Below are positions 1 to 14,100 of a stretch of 64,000 bases of DNA, piece by piece. The translations under genes and the position numbers were made by a program. Source of the DNA: Lingula anatina (lineage: Eukaryota; Animalia; Brachiopoda). The notes beneath the pieces were generated by a model. That model was not told the DNA's origin. It ran no database searches and saw nothing but the letters and a program-made list of their open reading frames with translations. The stretch spans positions 20,606,534 through 20,670,533 of the forward strand of contig CM120644.1 in assembly GCA_051362555.1 (NCBI GenBank), read 5' to 3'. Each line of letters opens with the position of its first letter. The first letter of the stretch is position 1.

Positions 1-915
1 GAAGTTGAAACTTTGGTAATTAGTAAAGCTGTTGTCAGGGATGTGCATGGGCATTTCGGAATTTTAGTACAACAAATAGGGGGTTGGGCTGCCCTTGGAG
101 GGGGGGGGTGTTTGAATCTAAATTTGTTTTACCTTTTATTTTCTGTCAACTCCCTTATATCAATTGAGTTGAATAGTTGAATTTTTGATGATTGGTTGAA
201 ATTTTTGCAGGGATGGACATTGGCGCTTCAGAATTTAATCATGCCTGGGGGTTGTACTGTCTCGGGGGTGGGGGGGGAGAGGGTTTGTTAATTCTAAATT
301 TTAATGACTGTTATTCTTTATATCTACTACAACATAAGACTTTGGAAGTTGAAATGTTGGTGTTGGTAAATCTGTCGTCAAGGATGTGTATGGGCATTTC
401 AGAATAGGGTTGGACTGCCCCTGGGGGGGCGGTTGATTATAAATTCTTCTCACATTGGAACTTCCACTATCTCCTCCCAGACTATAAGAGTTAAGTAGTT
501 GAAACTTTAGTGATTCATAGATCTGTCTACTGGGATGGGTACAGGCATTTTGGAATTTTAGTGCATTACGGGTTTGGGCTGTCCCTGGGGGGTTTCTGAA
601 TCTGAATTATTTTTACTTTGTATTTTCTGTGAACTCTTCCTAGATCAATTGAGTTGGGAAGTTGAATTTTAGGTGTAATATCTTTTCATAGTGTAATATC
701 TGCTATCTCCTCCTAGATTATTAGACATAGGAAGTTGAAACTTTGGTAATTGGTAAAGCTGTTGTCAGGGATGTGCATGGGTGTTTCGGAAATTTAGTAC
801 AACAAACAGGGGGTTGGGCTTCCCCTGGGGGGGTGTTGGAATCTAAATTTGTTTTACTTTCTATTTTCTGTCAACTCCTCCTTATATCAATTGAATTGAA
901 TCTTTTCATCTTTGA
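1..915 (-). repeat. ~163-bp-family satellite, inverted copy of the array at 28950-34950
   Basis: Recurring tcagggatgtgcatgg and gaagttgaaactttgg motifs are the reverse complement of 28950-30109, with a ~270-bp deletion near 670. Confidence 0.93.
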
Positions 916-1850
916 TAAGTGGGGAAGTTGGGCTATATGTGATGGCTACCCATCAACACCATCTTGTTTATTTATTTATTTAAAACAAGTATAAAACAAT
1001 TTTTTTTACCCAATATTAACTGAGTGACTTTGCCATTCATTTTTTCCATATAAGTTTTGCTACTTTATATTTGATCTACATGTGAGTGTCCATGATGGGT
1101 GCTGCACTAGTGGCAATAATTAAAGGGATAATAACTGTTTTGGCCAAAAAATTAATTTTCCTGGAGTAAACAACAATTTTCCTATACTAACCAATGGTTA
1201 ACGAATCCATTTCTAGAATCAAAGTTGGTCCCTGTTTTTTTTTCTAAAAAGTTTGGTTTTTTGTAATCTCTTAAGAGATTATAACAGATTATATATCATC
1301 TACGGAGGTCATGTGGTCTGATGAAAAGCTCAGATATCAGAATAATAGCTATAACTGCCTTTTTTTTTTGTGGTAAAACAGAATATATTATATTTCTAAG
1401 AGTTGTTTACCATGTTTTTATTGTGAAATATAGATCTCATATGAAGAGTTATTATCCCTTTAAGTGCCTTAAAGTTTTGAGAAGACATTGCGAAGACTTG
1501 TTTAGTTAACAACTACCTGCCTCTTTAACATTGTATTCTTTAGATGTGTGACAATTTTAAATTGACTCAAGAATCCTCTGCTGAACAAGACAAGAAAAAA
1601 GACTATTTTATCAAAAATAGGGGCTATGCTTCGGAAAATGTCTTCTTATTTATAATAATCACATTAATTCAAAATATATTGAATTCATCACTACCTGTGA
1701 TCATTTTTGATAATGATTTTTGTATTTTATATTGAATTGATATTTTATTGTACCACCAGTATGAGTACTGGGGGTACCAAAGTGTTGTCTTTAAACTGCC
1801 ATGATCATGTTGACATTACAGAAAGACAGATTGTATTACTTGTGGACAGA
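916..1850 (+). other. Unique flank of the left palindrome arm
   Basis: Non-repetitive AT-rich DNA, nearly identical to the reverse complement of 28005-28950 except for 1210-1377. Confidence 0.9.
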
Positions 1851-2141
1851 TTAGGTGAGACGGACCTTAAGGAACCCTTTAGACCCACCAATTGCAATAG
1901 ATGCGACATCGTCCATGATGTGTAAAGTACTTTTAAAGGGACTAGAGCCAGTTTGGAGGGGGTCGACTTTCCAATTGCGTTAGTTGAGACAGACCCTAAG
2001 GGACCCTTTAGACCCACCAATTGCGATAGATACAACGTCGTCAATGATTTTCAAAGTACTTTTCAAGGGACTAGAGCCAATTTGGAGGGGGTTGACTTTC
2101 CGATTTCGTTAGTTGAGACGAACACCCACCGATTGCGATAG
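1544..2141 (+). pseudogene. Possible decayed coding exon(s) reading into the 129-bp repeat; product unknown
   Basis: An acceptor-like ttctttag|ATG lies at 1543/1544. A second frame, MSTGGTKVLSLNCHDHVDITERQIVLLVDRLGETDLK..., continues in frame into the 43-codon repeat. No protein family is recognised. Confidence 0.25.
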
Positions 2142-5100
2142 TTGCGACGGAGTCCATGATTTTTGAAGTACTTTTAAAGGGACTAGAGCCAATTTGGAGG
2201 GGTCGACTTTCCAATTGTGTTAGTTGAGAGGGACCCTTAAGACCGACCGATTGCGATAGTTGCGACAGAGTCCATGATTTTTAAAGTACTTTTAAAGGCA
2301 CAAGAGACAATTTTGAGGGGGTCGACTTTCCGATTGCGTTAGTTGAGACGGACCTTAAGGGACCCTTAAGACCCACCGATTGCAATAGTTGCGACGGAGT
2401 CCATGATTTTTAAAGTACTTTTAAAGGGACTAGAGCCAATTTGGAGGGGGTCGACTTTCCGATTGCGTTAGTTGAGACGGACCTTAATGGACCCTTAAGA
2501 CCCACCGATTGCGATAGTTGTGACGGATTCCATGATTTTAAAAGTACTTTTAAAGGGACTAGAGCCAATTTGGAAGGGGTCGATTTTTCGATTGCGTTAG
2601 TTGAGACGGACCTTAAGAGACCCTTAAGACCCACTGATTGCGATAGTAGCGACCAAGTCCATGATATTTAAAGTACTTTTAAAGGGACTAAAGCCAATTT
2701 AGAAGGGGTCGATTTTCCGATTGCGTTAGTTGAGACGGACCTTAAGAGACCCTTAAGACCCACCGATTGCGATAGTTGCGACGGAGTCCATGATTTTTTA
2801 AGTACTTTTAAAGGGGACTAGAGCCAATTTGGAGGGGGTCGACTTTCCGATTGCGTTAGTTGAGACGGACCTTAAGGGACCCTTAAGAACCACCGAATGC
2901 GATAGTTGCGACGGAGTCCATGATTTTAAAAGTACTTTTAAAGGGACTATAGAGACAATTTTGAGGGGGTCGACTTTCCGATTGCGATAGTTGAGACGGA
3001 CACCCACCGATTGCGATAGTTGCGACGGAGTCCATGATTTTTAAAGTTCTTTTAAAGGGAATAGAGCCAATTTGGAGGGGGTCGACTTTCCGATTGCGTT
3101 AGTTGAGACGAATCTTAAGGGACCCTTAAAAACCACCGATTGCGATAGTTGCGACGGAGTCCATGATTTTTAAAGTACTTTTAAAGGGACTATAGAGACA
3201 ATTTTGAGGGGGTCGACTTTCCGATTGCGTTAGTTGAGACGGACCTTAAGGGACCCTTAAGACCCACCGATTGCAATAGTTGCGACGGAGTCCATGATTT
3301 TTAAAGTACTTTTAAAGGGACTAGAGCCAATTTAGAAGGGGTCGATTTTCCGATTGCGTTAGTTGAGACGGACCTTAAGAGACCCTTAAGACCCACCGAT
3401 TGCGATAGTTGCGACGGAGTCCATGATTTTTAAAGTACTTTTAAAGGGACTAGAGCCAATTTGGAGGGGGTCGATTTTCCGATTGCGTTAGTTGAGACGG
3501 ACCTTAAGAGACCCTTAAGACCCACTGATTGCGATAGTAGCGACGGAGTCCATGATTTTTAAAGTACTTTTAAAGGGACTAGAGCCAATTTAGAAGGGGT
3601 CGATTTTCCGATTGCGTTAGTTGAGACGGACCTTAAGAGACCCTTAAGACCCACCGATTGCGATAGTTGCGACGGAGTCCATGATTTTTAAAGTACTTTT
3701 AAAGGGACTAGAGCCAATTTGGAGGGGGTCGATTTTCCGATTGCGTTAGTTGAGACGGACCTTAAGGGACCCTTAAGACCCACTGATTGCGATAGTAGCG
3801 ACGGAGTCCATGATTTTTAAAGTACTTTTAAAGGGACTAGAGCCAATTTAGAAGGGGTCGATTTTCCGATTGCGTTAGTTGAGACGGACCTTAAGAGACC
3901 CTTAAGACCCACCAATTGCGATAGTTGCGACGGAGTCCATGATTTTTAAAGTACTTTTAAAGGGACTAGAGCCAATTTGGGGGGGGGTCGACTTTCCGAT
4001 TGCGTTAGTTTAGACGGACACCCACCGATTGCGATAGTTGCGACAGAGTCCATGATTTTTGAAGTACTTTTAAAGGGGACTAGAGCGAATTTGGAGGGGG
4101 TTGACTTTCCGATTGCGTTAGTTGAGACGGACCTTAAGAGACCCTTAAGACCCACCGATTGCGATAGTTGCGACAGAGTCCATGATTTTAAAAGTACTTT
4201 TAAAGGGACTAGAGCCAATTTGGAGGGGGTCGATTTTCCGATTGCGTTAGTTGAGACGGACCTTAAGAGACCCTTAAGACCCACTAATTGCGATAGTAGC
4301 GACGGAGTCCATGATTTTTAAAGTACTTTTAAAGGGACTAGAGCCAATTTAGAAGGGGTCGATTTTCCGATTGCGTTAGTTGAGACGGACCTTAAGAGAC
4401 CCTTAAGACCCACCGATTGCGATAGTTGCGACGGAGTCCATGATTTTTAAAGTACTTTTAAAGGGACTAGAGCCAATTTGGAGGGGGTCGATTTTCCGAT
4501 TGCGTTAGTTGAGACGGACCTTAAGAGACCCTTAAGACCCACTGATTGCGATAGTAGCGACGGAGTCCATGATTTTTAAAGTACTTTTAAAGGGACTAGA
4601 GCCAATTTGGAGGGGGTCGACTTTCCGATTGCGTTAGTTTAGACGGACACCCACCGATTGCGATAGTTGCGACAGAGTCCATGATTTTTGAAGTACTTTT
4701 AAAGGGGACTAGAGCGAATTTGGAGGGGGTCGACTTTCCGATTGCGTTAGTTGAGACGGACCTTAAAGGACCCTTAAGAACCACCGATTGCGATAGTTGC
4801 GACGGAGTCCATGATTTTTAAAGTACTTTTAAATGGACTATAGAGGCCATTTTGAGGGGGTCGACTTTCCGATTGCGTTAGTTGAGACGGACCTTAAGAG
4901 ACCCTTAAGACCCACCGATTGCGATAGTTGCGACGGAGTCCATGATTTTTTAAGTACTTTTAAAGGGGACTAGAGCGAATTTGGAGGGGGTCGACTTTCC
5001 GATTGCGTTAGTTGAGACGGACCTTAAAGGACCCTTAAGAACCACCGATTGCGATAGTTGCGACGGAGTCCATGATTTTAAAAGTACTTTTAAAGGGACT

Positions 5101-8100
5101 ATAGAGACAATTTTGAGGGGGTCGACTTTCCGATTGTGTTAGTTGAGACGGACCTTAAGAGACCCTTAAGACCCACCGATTGCGATAGTTGCGACAGAGT
5201 CCATGATTTTTTAAGTACTTTTAAAGGGGACTAGAGCGAATTTGGAGGGGGTCGACTTTCCGATTGCGTTAGTTGAGACGGACCTTAAGGGACCCTTAAG
5301 AACCACCGATTGCGATAGTTGCGACGGAGTCCATGATTTTTAAAGTACTTTTAAAGGGACTATAGAGACAATTTTGAGGGGGTCGACTTTCCGATTGCGT
5401 TAGTTGAGACGGACCTTAAGAGACTCTTAAGACCCACCGATTGCGATAGTTGTGACGGAGTCCATGATTTTTAAAGTAATTTTAAAGGGACTAGAGCCAA
5501 TTTGGAGGGGGTCGACTTTCCGATTGCGTTAGTTGAGACGGACCTTAAGAGACCCTTAAGACCCACCGATTGCGATAGTTGTGACGGAGTCCATGATTTT
5601 TAAAGTACTTTTAAAGGGACTAGAGCCAATTTGGAGGGGGTTGACTTTCCGATTGCGTTAGTTGAGACAGACCTTAAGAGACCCTTAAGACCCACCGATT
5701 GCGATAGTTGCGACGGAGGCCATGATTTTTAAAGTACTTTTAAAGGGACTAGAGCCAATTTGGAAGAAGCGACTTTCCGATTGCGTTAGTTGAGACGGAC
5801 CTTAAGAGACCGTTAAGACCCACCGAATGCGATAGTTGCGACGGAGTCCATGATTTTTAAAGTAATTTTAAAGGGACTAGAGCCAATTTGGAGGGGGTCG
5901 ACTTTCCGATTGCGTTAGTTGAGACGGACCTTAAGAGACCCTTAAGACCCACCGATTGCGATAGTTGTGACGGATTCCATGATTTTAAAAGTACTTTTAA
6001 AGGGCCTAGAGCCAATTTGGAAGGGGTCGATTTTCCGATTGCGTTAGTTGAGACAGACTTTAAGGGACCCTTAAGAACCACCGATTGCGATAGTTGCGAC
6101 GGAGTCCATGATTTTTAAAGTAATTTTAAAGGGACTAGAGCCAATTTGGAGGGGGTCGACTTTCCGATTGCGTTAGTTGAGACGGACCTTAAGAGACCCT
6201 TAAGACCCACCGATTGCGATAGTTGCGACGGAGTCCATGATTTTTAAAGTAATTTTAAAGGGACTAGAGCCAATTTGGAGGGGGTCGACTTTCCGATTGC
6301 GTTAGTTGAGACGGACCTTAAGAGACCCTTAAGACCCACCGATTGCGATAGTTGTGACGGAGTCCATGATTTTTAAAGTACTTTTAAGGGGACTAGAGCC
6401 AATTTGGAGGGGGTTGACTTTCCAATTGCGTTAGTTGAGACAGACCTTAAGAGACCCTTAAGACCCACCGATTGCGATAGTTGCGACGGAGGCCATGATT
6501 TTTAAAGTACTTTTAAAGGGACTAGAGCCAATTTGGAAGAAGCGACTTTCCGATTGCGTTAGTTGAGACGGACCTTAAGAGACCGTTAAGACCCACCGAT
6601 TGCGATAGTTGCGACGGAGTCCATGATTTTTAAAGTACTTTTAAAGGGACTAGAGCCAATTTGGAGGGGGTCGACTTTCCGATTGCGTTAGTTGAGACGG
6701 ACCTAAAGGGACCCTTAAGACCCACCGATTGCGATAGTTGTGACGGATTCCATGATTTTAAAAGTACTTTTAAAGGGACTAGAGCCAATTTGGAAGGGGT
6801 CGATTTTCCGATTGCGTTAGTTGAGACGGACCTTAAGAGACCCTTAAGACTCACCGATTGCGTTAGTTGCGACGGAGTCCATGATTTTTAAAGTACTTTT
6901 AAAGGGACTAGAGCCAATTTGGAGGGGGTTGACTTTCCGATTGCGTTAGTTGAGACAGACCTTAAGAGACCCTTAAGACCCACCGATTGCGATAGTTGCG
7001 ACGGAGGCCATGATTTTTAAAGTACTTTTAAAGGGACTAGAGCCAATTTGGAAGAAGCGACTTTCCGATTGCGTTAGTTGAGACGGACCTTAAGAGACCG
7101 TTAAGACCCACCGATTGCGATAGTTGCGACGGAGGCCATGATTTTTAAAGTACTTTTAAAGGGACTAGAGCCAATTTGGAGGGGGTCGACTTTCCGATTG
7201 CGTTAGTTGAGACGGACCTTAAGAGACCCTTAAGACCCACCGATTGCGATAGTTGTGACGGAGTCCATGATTTTTAAAGTACTTTTAAGGGGACTAGAGC
7301 CAATTTGGAGGGGGTTGACTTTCCGATTGCGTTAGTTGAGACAGACCTTAAGAGACCCTTAAGACCCACCGATTGCGATAGTTGTGACGGAGTCCATGAT
7401 TTTTAAAGTACTTTTAAGGGGACTAGAGCCAATTTGGAGGGGGTTGACTTTCCGATTGCGTTAGTTGAGACAGACCTTAAGAGACCCTTAAGACCCACCG
7501 ATTGCGATAGTTGCGACGGAGGCCATGATTTTTAAAGTACTTTTAAAGGGACTAGAGCCAATTTGGAAGAAGCGACTTTCCGATTGCGTTAGTTGAGACG
7601 GACCTTAAGAGACCGTTAAGACCCACCGATTGCGATAGTTGCGACGGAGGCCATGATTTTTAAAGTACTTTTAAAGGGACTAGAGCCAATTTGGAAGAAG
7701 CGACTTTCCGATTGCGTTAGTTGAGACGGACCTTAAGAGACCGTTAAGACCCACCGATTGCGATAGTTGCGACGGAGTCCATGATTTTTAAAGTACTTTT
7801 AAAGGGACTAGAGCCAATTTGGAGGGGGTCGACTTTCCGATTGCGTTAGTTGAGACGGACCTAAAGGGACACTTAAGACCCACCGATTGCGATAGTTGTG
7901 ACGGATTCCATGATTTTAAAAGTACTTTTAAAGGGACTAGAGCCAATTTGGAAGGGGTCGATTTTCCGATTGCGTTAGTTGAGACGGACCTTAAGAGACC
8001 CTTAAGACTCACCGATTGCGTTAGTTGCGACGGAGTCCATGATTTTTAAAGTACTTTTAAAGGGACTAGAGCCAATTTGGAGGGGGTTGACTTTCCGATT

Positions 8101-11100
8101 GCGTTAGTTGAGACAGACCTTAAGAGACCCTTAAGACCCACCGATTGCGATAGTTGCGACGGAGGCCATGATTTTTAAAGTACTTTTAAAGGGACTAGAG
8201 CCAATTTGGAAGAAGCGACTTTCCGATTGCGTTAGTTGAGACGGACCTTAAGAGACCGTTAAGACCCACCGATTGCGATAGTTGCGACGGAGTTCATGAT
8301 TTTTAAAGTACTTTTAAAGGGACTAGAGCCAATTTGGAGGGGGTCGACTTTCCGATTGCGTTAGTTGAGACGGACCTTAAGAGACCCATAAGACCCACCG
8401 ATTGCGATAGTTGTGACGGAGTCCATGATTTTTAAAGTACTTTTAAGGGGACTAGAGCCAATTTGGAGGGGGTTGACTTTCCGATTGCGTTAGTTGAGAC
8501 AGACCTTAAGAGACCCTTAAGACCCACCGATTGCGATAGTTGTGACGGAGTCCATGATTTTTAAAGTACTTTTAAGGGGACTAGAGCCAATTTGGAGGGG
8601 GTTGACTTTCCGATTGCGTTAGTTGAGACAGACCTTAAGAGACCCTTAAGACCCACCGATTGCGATAGTTGCGACGGAGGCCATGATTTTTAAAGTACTT
8701 TTAAAGGGACTAGAGCCAATTTGGAAGAAGCGACTTTCCGATTGCGTTAGTTGAGACGGACCTTAAGAGACCCTTAAGACCCACCGATTGCGATAGTTGC
8801 GACGGAGGCCATGATTTTAAAAGTACTTTTAAAGGGACTAGAGCCAATTTGGAAGAAGCGACTTTCCGATTGCGTTAGTTGAGACGGACCTTAAGAGACC
8901 GTTAAGACCCACCGATTGCGATAGTTGCGACGGAGTCCATGATTTTTAAAGTACTTTTAAAGGGGACTAGAGCGAATTTGGAGGGGGTCGACTTTCCGAT
9001 TGCGTTAGTTGAGACGGACCTAAAGGGACACTTAAGACCCACCGATTGCGATAGTTGTGACGGATTCCATGATTTTAAAAGTACTTTTAAAGGGACTAGA
9101 GCCAATTTGGAAGGGGTCGATTTTCCGATTGCGTTAGTTGAGACGGACCTTAAGAGACCCTTAAGACTCACCGATTGCGTTAGTTGCGACGGAGTCCATG
9201 ATTTTTAAAGTACTTTTAAAGGGACTAGAGCCAATTTGGAGGGGGTTGACTTTCCGATTGCGTTAGTTGAGACAGACCTTAAGAGACCCTTAAGACCCAC
9301 CGATTGCGATAGTTGCGACGGAGGCCATGATTTTTAAAGTACTTTTAAAGGGACTAGAGCCAATTTGGAAGAAGCGACTTTCCGATTGCGTTAGTTGAGA
9401 CGGACCTTAAGAGACCGTTAAGACCCACCGATTGCGATAGTTGCGACGGAGTTCATGATTTTTAAAGTACTTTTAAAGGGACTAGAGCCAATTTGGAGGG
9501 GGTCGACTTTCCGATTGCGTTAGTTGAGACGGACCTTAAGAGACCCATAAGACCCACCGATTGCGATAGTTGTGACGGAGTCCATGATTTTTAAAGTACT
9601 TTTAAGGGGACTAGAGCCAATTTGGAGGGGGTTGACTTTCCGATTGCGTTAGTTGAGACAGACCTTAAGAGACCCTTAAGACCCACCGATTGCGATAGTT
9701 GTGACGGAGTCCATGATTTTTAAAGTACTTTTAAGGGGACTAGAGCCAATTTGGAGGGGGTTGACTTTCCGATTGCGTTAGTTGAGACAGACCTTAAGAG
9801 ACCCTTAAGACCCACCGATTGCGATAGTTGTGACGGAGGCCATGATTTTTAAAGTACTTTTAAAGGGACTAGAGCCAATTTGGAAGAAGCGACTTTCCGA
9901 TTGCGTTAGTTGAGACGGACCTTAAGAGACCCTTAAGACCCACCGATTGCGATAGTTGCGACGGAGGCCATGATTTTTAAAGTACTTTTAAAGGGACTAG
10001 AGCCAATTTGGAAGAAGCGACTTTCCGATTGCGTTAGTTGAGACGGACCTTAAGAGACCGTTAAGACCCACCGATTGCGATAGTTGCGACGGAGTCCATG
10101 ATTTTTAAAGTACTTTTAAAGGGACTAGAGCCAATTTGGAGGGGGTCGACTTTCCGATTGCGTTAGTTGAGACGGACCTAAAGGGACCCTTAAGACCCAC
10201 CGATTGCGATAGTTGTGACGGATTCCATGATTTTAAAAGTACTTTTAAAGGGACTAGAGCCAATTTGGAAGGGGTCGATTTTCCGATTGCGTTAGTTGAG
10301 ACGGACCTTAAGAGACCCTTAAGACTCACCGATTGCGTTAGTTGCGACGGAGTCCATGATTTTTAAAGTACTTTTAAAGGGACTAGAGCCAATTTGGAGG
10401 GGGTTGACTTTCCGATTGCGTTAGTTGAGACAGACCTTAAGAGACCCTTAAGACCCACCGATTGCGATAGTTGCGACGGAGGCCATGATTTTTAAAGTAC
10501 TTTTAAAGGGACTAGAGCCAATTTGGAAGAAGCGACTTTCCGATTGCGTTAGTTGAGACGGACCTTAAGAGACCGTTAAGACCCACCGATTGCGATAGTT
10601 GCGACGGAGTTCATGATTTTTAAAGTACTTTTAAAGGGACTAGAGCCAATTTGGAGGGGGTCGACTTTCCGATTGCGTTAGTTGAGACGGACCTTAAGAG
10701 ACCCATAAGACCCACCGATTGCGATAGTTGTGACGGAGTCCATGATTTTTAAAGTACTTTTAAGGGGACTAGAGCCAATTTGGAGGGGGTTGACTTTCCG
10801 ATTGCGTTAGTTGAGACAGACCTTAAGAGACCCTTAAGACCCACCGATTGCGATAGTTGTGACGGAGTCCATGATTTTTAAAGTACTTTTAAGGGGACTA
10901 GAGCCAATTTGGAGGGGGTTGACTTTCCAATTGCGTTAGTTGAGACAGACCTTAAGAGACCCTTAAGACCCACCGATTGCGATAGTTGCGACGGAGGCCA
11001 TGATTTTTAAAGTACTTTTAAAGGGACTAGAGCCAATTTGGAAGAAGCGACTTTCCGATTGCGTTAGTTGAGACGGACCTTAAGAGACCGTTAAGACCCA

Positions 11101-14100
11101 CCGATTGCGATAGTTGCGACGGAGGCCATGATTTTTAAAGTACTTTTAAAGGGACTAGAGCCAATTTGGAAGAAGCGACTTTCCGATTGCGTTAGTTGAG
11201 ACGGACCTTAAGAGACCGTTAAGACCCACCGATTGCGATAGTTGCGACGGAGTCCATGATTTTTAAAGTACTTTTAAAGGGACTAGAGCCAATTTGGAGG
11301 GGGTCGACTTTCCGATTGCGTTAGTTGAGACGGACCTAAAGGGACACTTAAGACCCACCGATTGCGATAGTTGTGACGGATTCCATGATTTTAAAAGTAC
11401 TTTTAAAGGGACTAGAGCCAATTTGGAAGGGGTCGATTTTCCGATTGCGTTAGTTGAGACGGACCTTAAGAGACCCTTAAGACTCACCGATTGCGTTAGT
11501 TGCGACGGAGTCCATGATTTTTAAAGTACTTTTAAAGGGACTAGAGCCAATTTGGAGGGGGTTGACTTTCCGATTGCGTTAGTTGAGACAGACCTTAAGA
11601 GACCCTTAAGACCCACCGATTGCGATAGTTGCGACGGAGGCCATGATTTTTAAAGTACTTTTAAAGGGACTAGAGCCAATTTGGAAGAAGCGACTTTCCG
11701 ATTGCGTTAGTTGAGACGGACCTTAAGAGACCGTTAAGACCCACCGATTGCGATAGTTGCGACGGAGTTCATGATTTTTAAAGTACTTTTAAAGGGACTA
11801 GAGCCAATTTGGAGGGGGTCGACTTTCCGATTGCGTTAGTTGAGACGGACCTTAAGAGACCCATAAGACCCACCGATTGCGATAGTTGTGACGGAGTCCA
11901 TGATTTTTAAAGTACTTTTAAGGGGACTAGAGCCAATTTGGAGGGGGTTGACTTTCCGATTGCGTTAGTTGAGACAGACCTTAAGAGACCCTTAAGACCC
12001 ACCGATTGCGATAGTTGTGACGGAGTCCATGATTTTTAAAGTACTTTTAAGGGGACTAGAGCCAATTTGGAGGGGGTTGACTTTCCGATTGCGTTAGTTG
12101 AGACAGACCTTAAGAGACCCTTAAGACCCACCGATTGCGATAGTTGCGACGGAGGCCATGATTTTTAAAGTACTTTTAAAGGGACTAGAGCCAATTTGGA
12201 AGAAGCGACTTTCCGATTGCGTTAGTTGAGACGGACCTTAAGAGACCCTTAAGACCCACCGATTGCGATAGTTGCGACGGAGGCCATGATTTTAAAAGTA
12301 CTTTTAAAGGGACTAGAGCCAATTTGGAAGAAGCGACTTTCCGATTGCGTTAGTTGAGACGGACCTTAAGAGACCGTTAAGACCCACCGATTGCGATAGT
12401 TGCGACGGAGTCCATGATTTTTAAAGTACTTTTAAAGGGACTAGAGCCAATTTGGAGGGGGTCGACTTTCCGATTGCGTTAGTTGAGACGGACCTAAAGG
12501 GACACTTAAGACCCACCGATTGCGATAGTTGTGACGGATTCCATGATTTTAAAAGTACTTTTAAAGGGACTAGAGCCAATTTGGAAGGGGTCGATTTTCC
12601 GATTGCGTTAGTTGAGACGGACCTTAAGAGACCCTTAAGACTCACCGATTGCGTTAGTTGCGACGGAGTCCATGATTTTTAAAGTACTTTTAAAGGGACT
12701 AGAGCCAATTTGGAGGGGGTTGACTTTCCGATTGCGTTAGTTGAGACAGACCTTAAGAGACCCTTAAGACCCACCGATTGCGATAGTTGCGACGGAGGCC
12801 ATGATTTTTAAAGTACTTTTAAAGGGACTAGAGCCAATTTGGAAGAAGCGACTTTCCGATTGCGTTAGTTGAGACGGACCTTAAGAGACCGTTAAGACCC
12901 ACCGATTGCGATAGTTGCGACGGAGTTCATGATTTTTAAAGTACTTTTAAAGGGACTAGAGCCAATTTGGAGGGGGTCGACTTTCCGATTGCGTTAGTTG
13001 AGACGGACCTTAAGAGACCCATAAGACCCACCGATTGCGATAGTTGTGACGGAGTCCATGATTTTTAAAGTACTTTTAAGGGGACTAGAGCCAATTTGGA
13101 GGGGGTTGACTTTCCGATTGCGTTAGTTGAGACAGACCTTAAGAGACCCTTAAGACCCACCGATTGCGATAGTTGTGACGGAGTCCATGATTTTTAAAGT
13201 ACTTTTAAGGGGACTAGAGCCAATTTGGAGGGGGTTGACTTTCCGATTGCGTTAGTTGAGACAGACCTTAAGAGACCCTTAAGACCCACCGATTGCGATA
13301 GTTGCGACGGAGGCCATGATTTTTAAAGTACTTTTAAAGGGACTAGAGCCAATTTGGAAGAAGCGACTTTCCGATTGCGTTAGTTGAGACGGACCTTAAG
13401 AGACCCTTAAGACCCACCGATTGCGATAGTTGCGACGGAGTCCATGATTTTAAAAGTACTTTTAAAGGGACTAGAGCCAATTTGGAAGAAGCGACTTTCC
13501 GATTGCGTTAGTTGAGACGGACCTTAAGAGACCGTTAAGACCCACCGATTGCGATAGTTGCGACGGAGTCCATGATTTTTAAAGTACTTTTAAAGGGACT
13601 AGAGCCAATTTGGAGGGGGTCGACTTTCCGATTGCGTTAGTTGAGACGGACCTAAAGGGACACTTAAGACCCACCGATTGCGATAGTTGTGACGGATTCC
13701 ATGATTTTAAAAGTACTTTTAAAGGGACTAGAGCCAATTTGGAAGGGGTCGATTTTCCGATTGCGTTAGTTGAGACGGACCTTAAGAGACCCTTAAGACT
13801 CACCGATTGCGTTAGTTGCGACGGAGTCCATGATTTTTAAAGTACTTTTAAAGGGACTAGAGCCAATTTGGAGGGGGTTGACTTTCCGATTGCGTTAGTT
13901 GAGACAGACCTTAAGAGACCCTTAAGACCCACCGATTGCGATAGTTGCGACGGAGGCCATGATTTTTAAAGTACTTTTAAAGGGACTAGAGCCAATTTGG
14001 AAGAAGCGACTTTCCGATTGCGTTAGTTGAGACGGACCTTAAGAGACCGTTAAGACCCACCGATTGCGATAGTTGCGACGGAGTTCATGATTTTTAAAGT

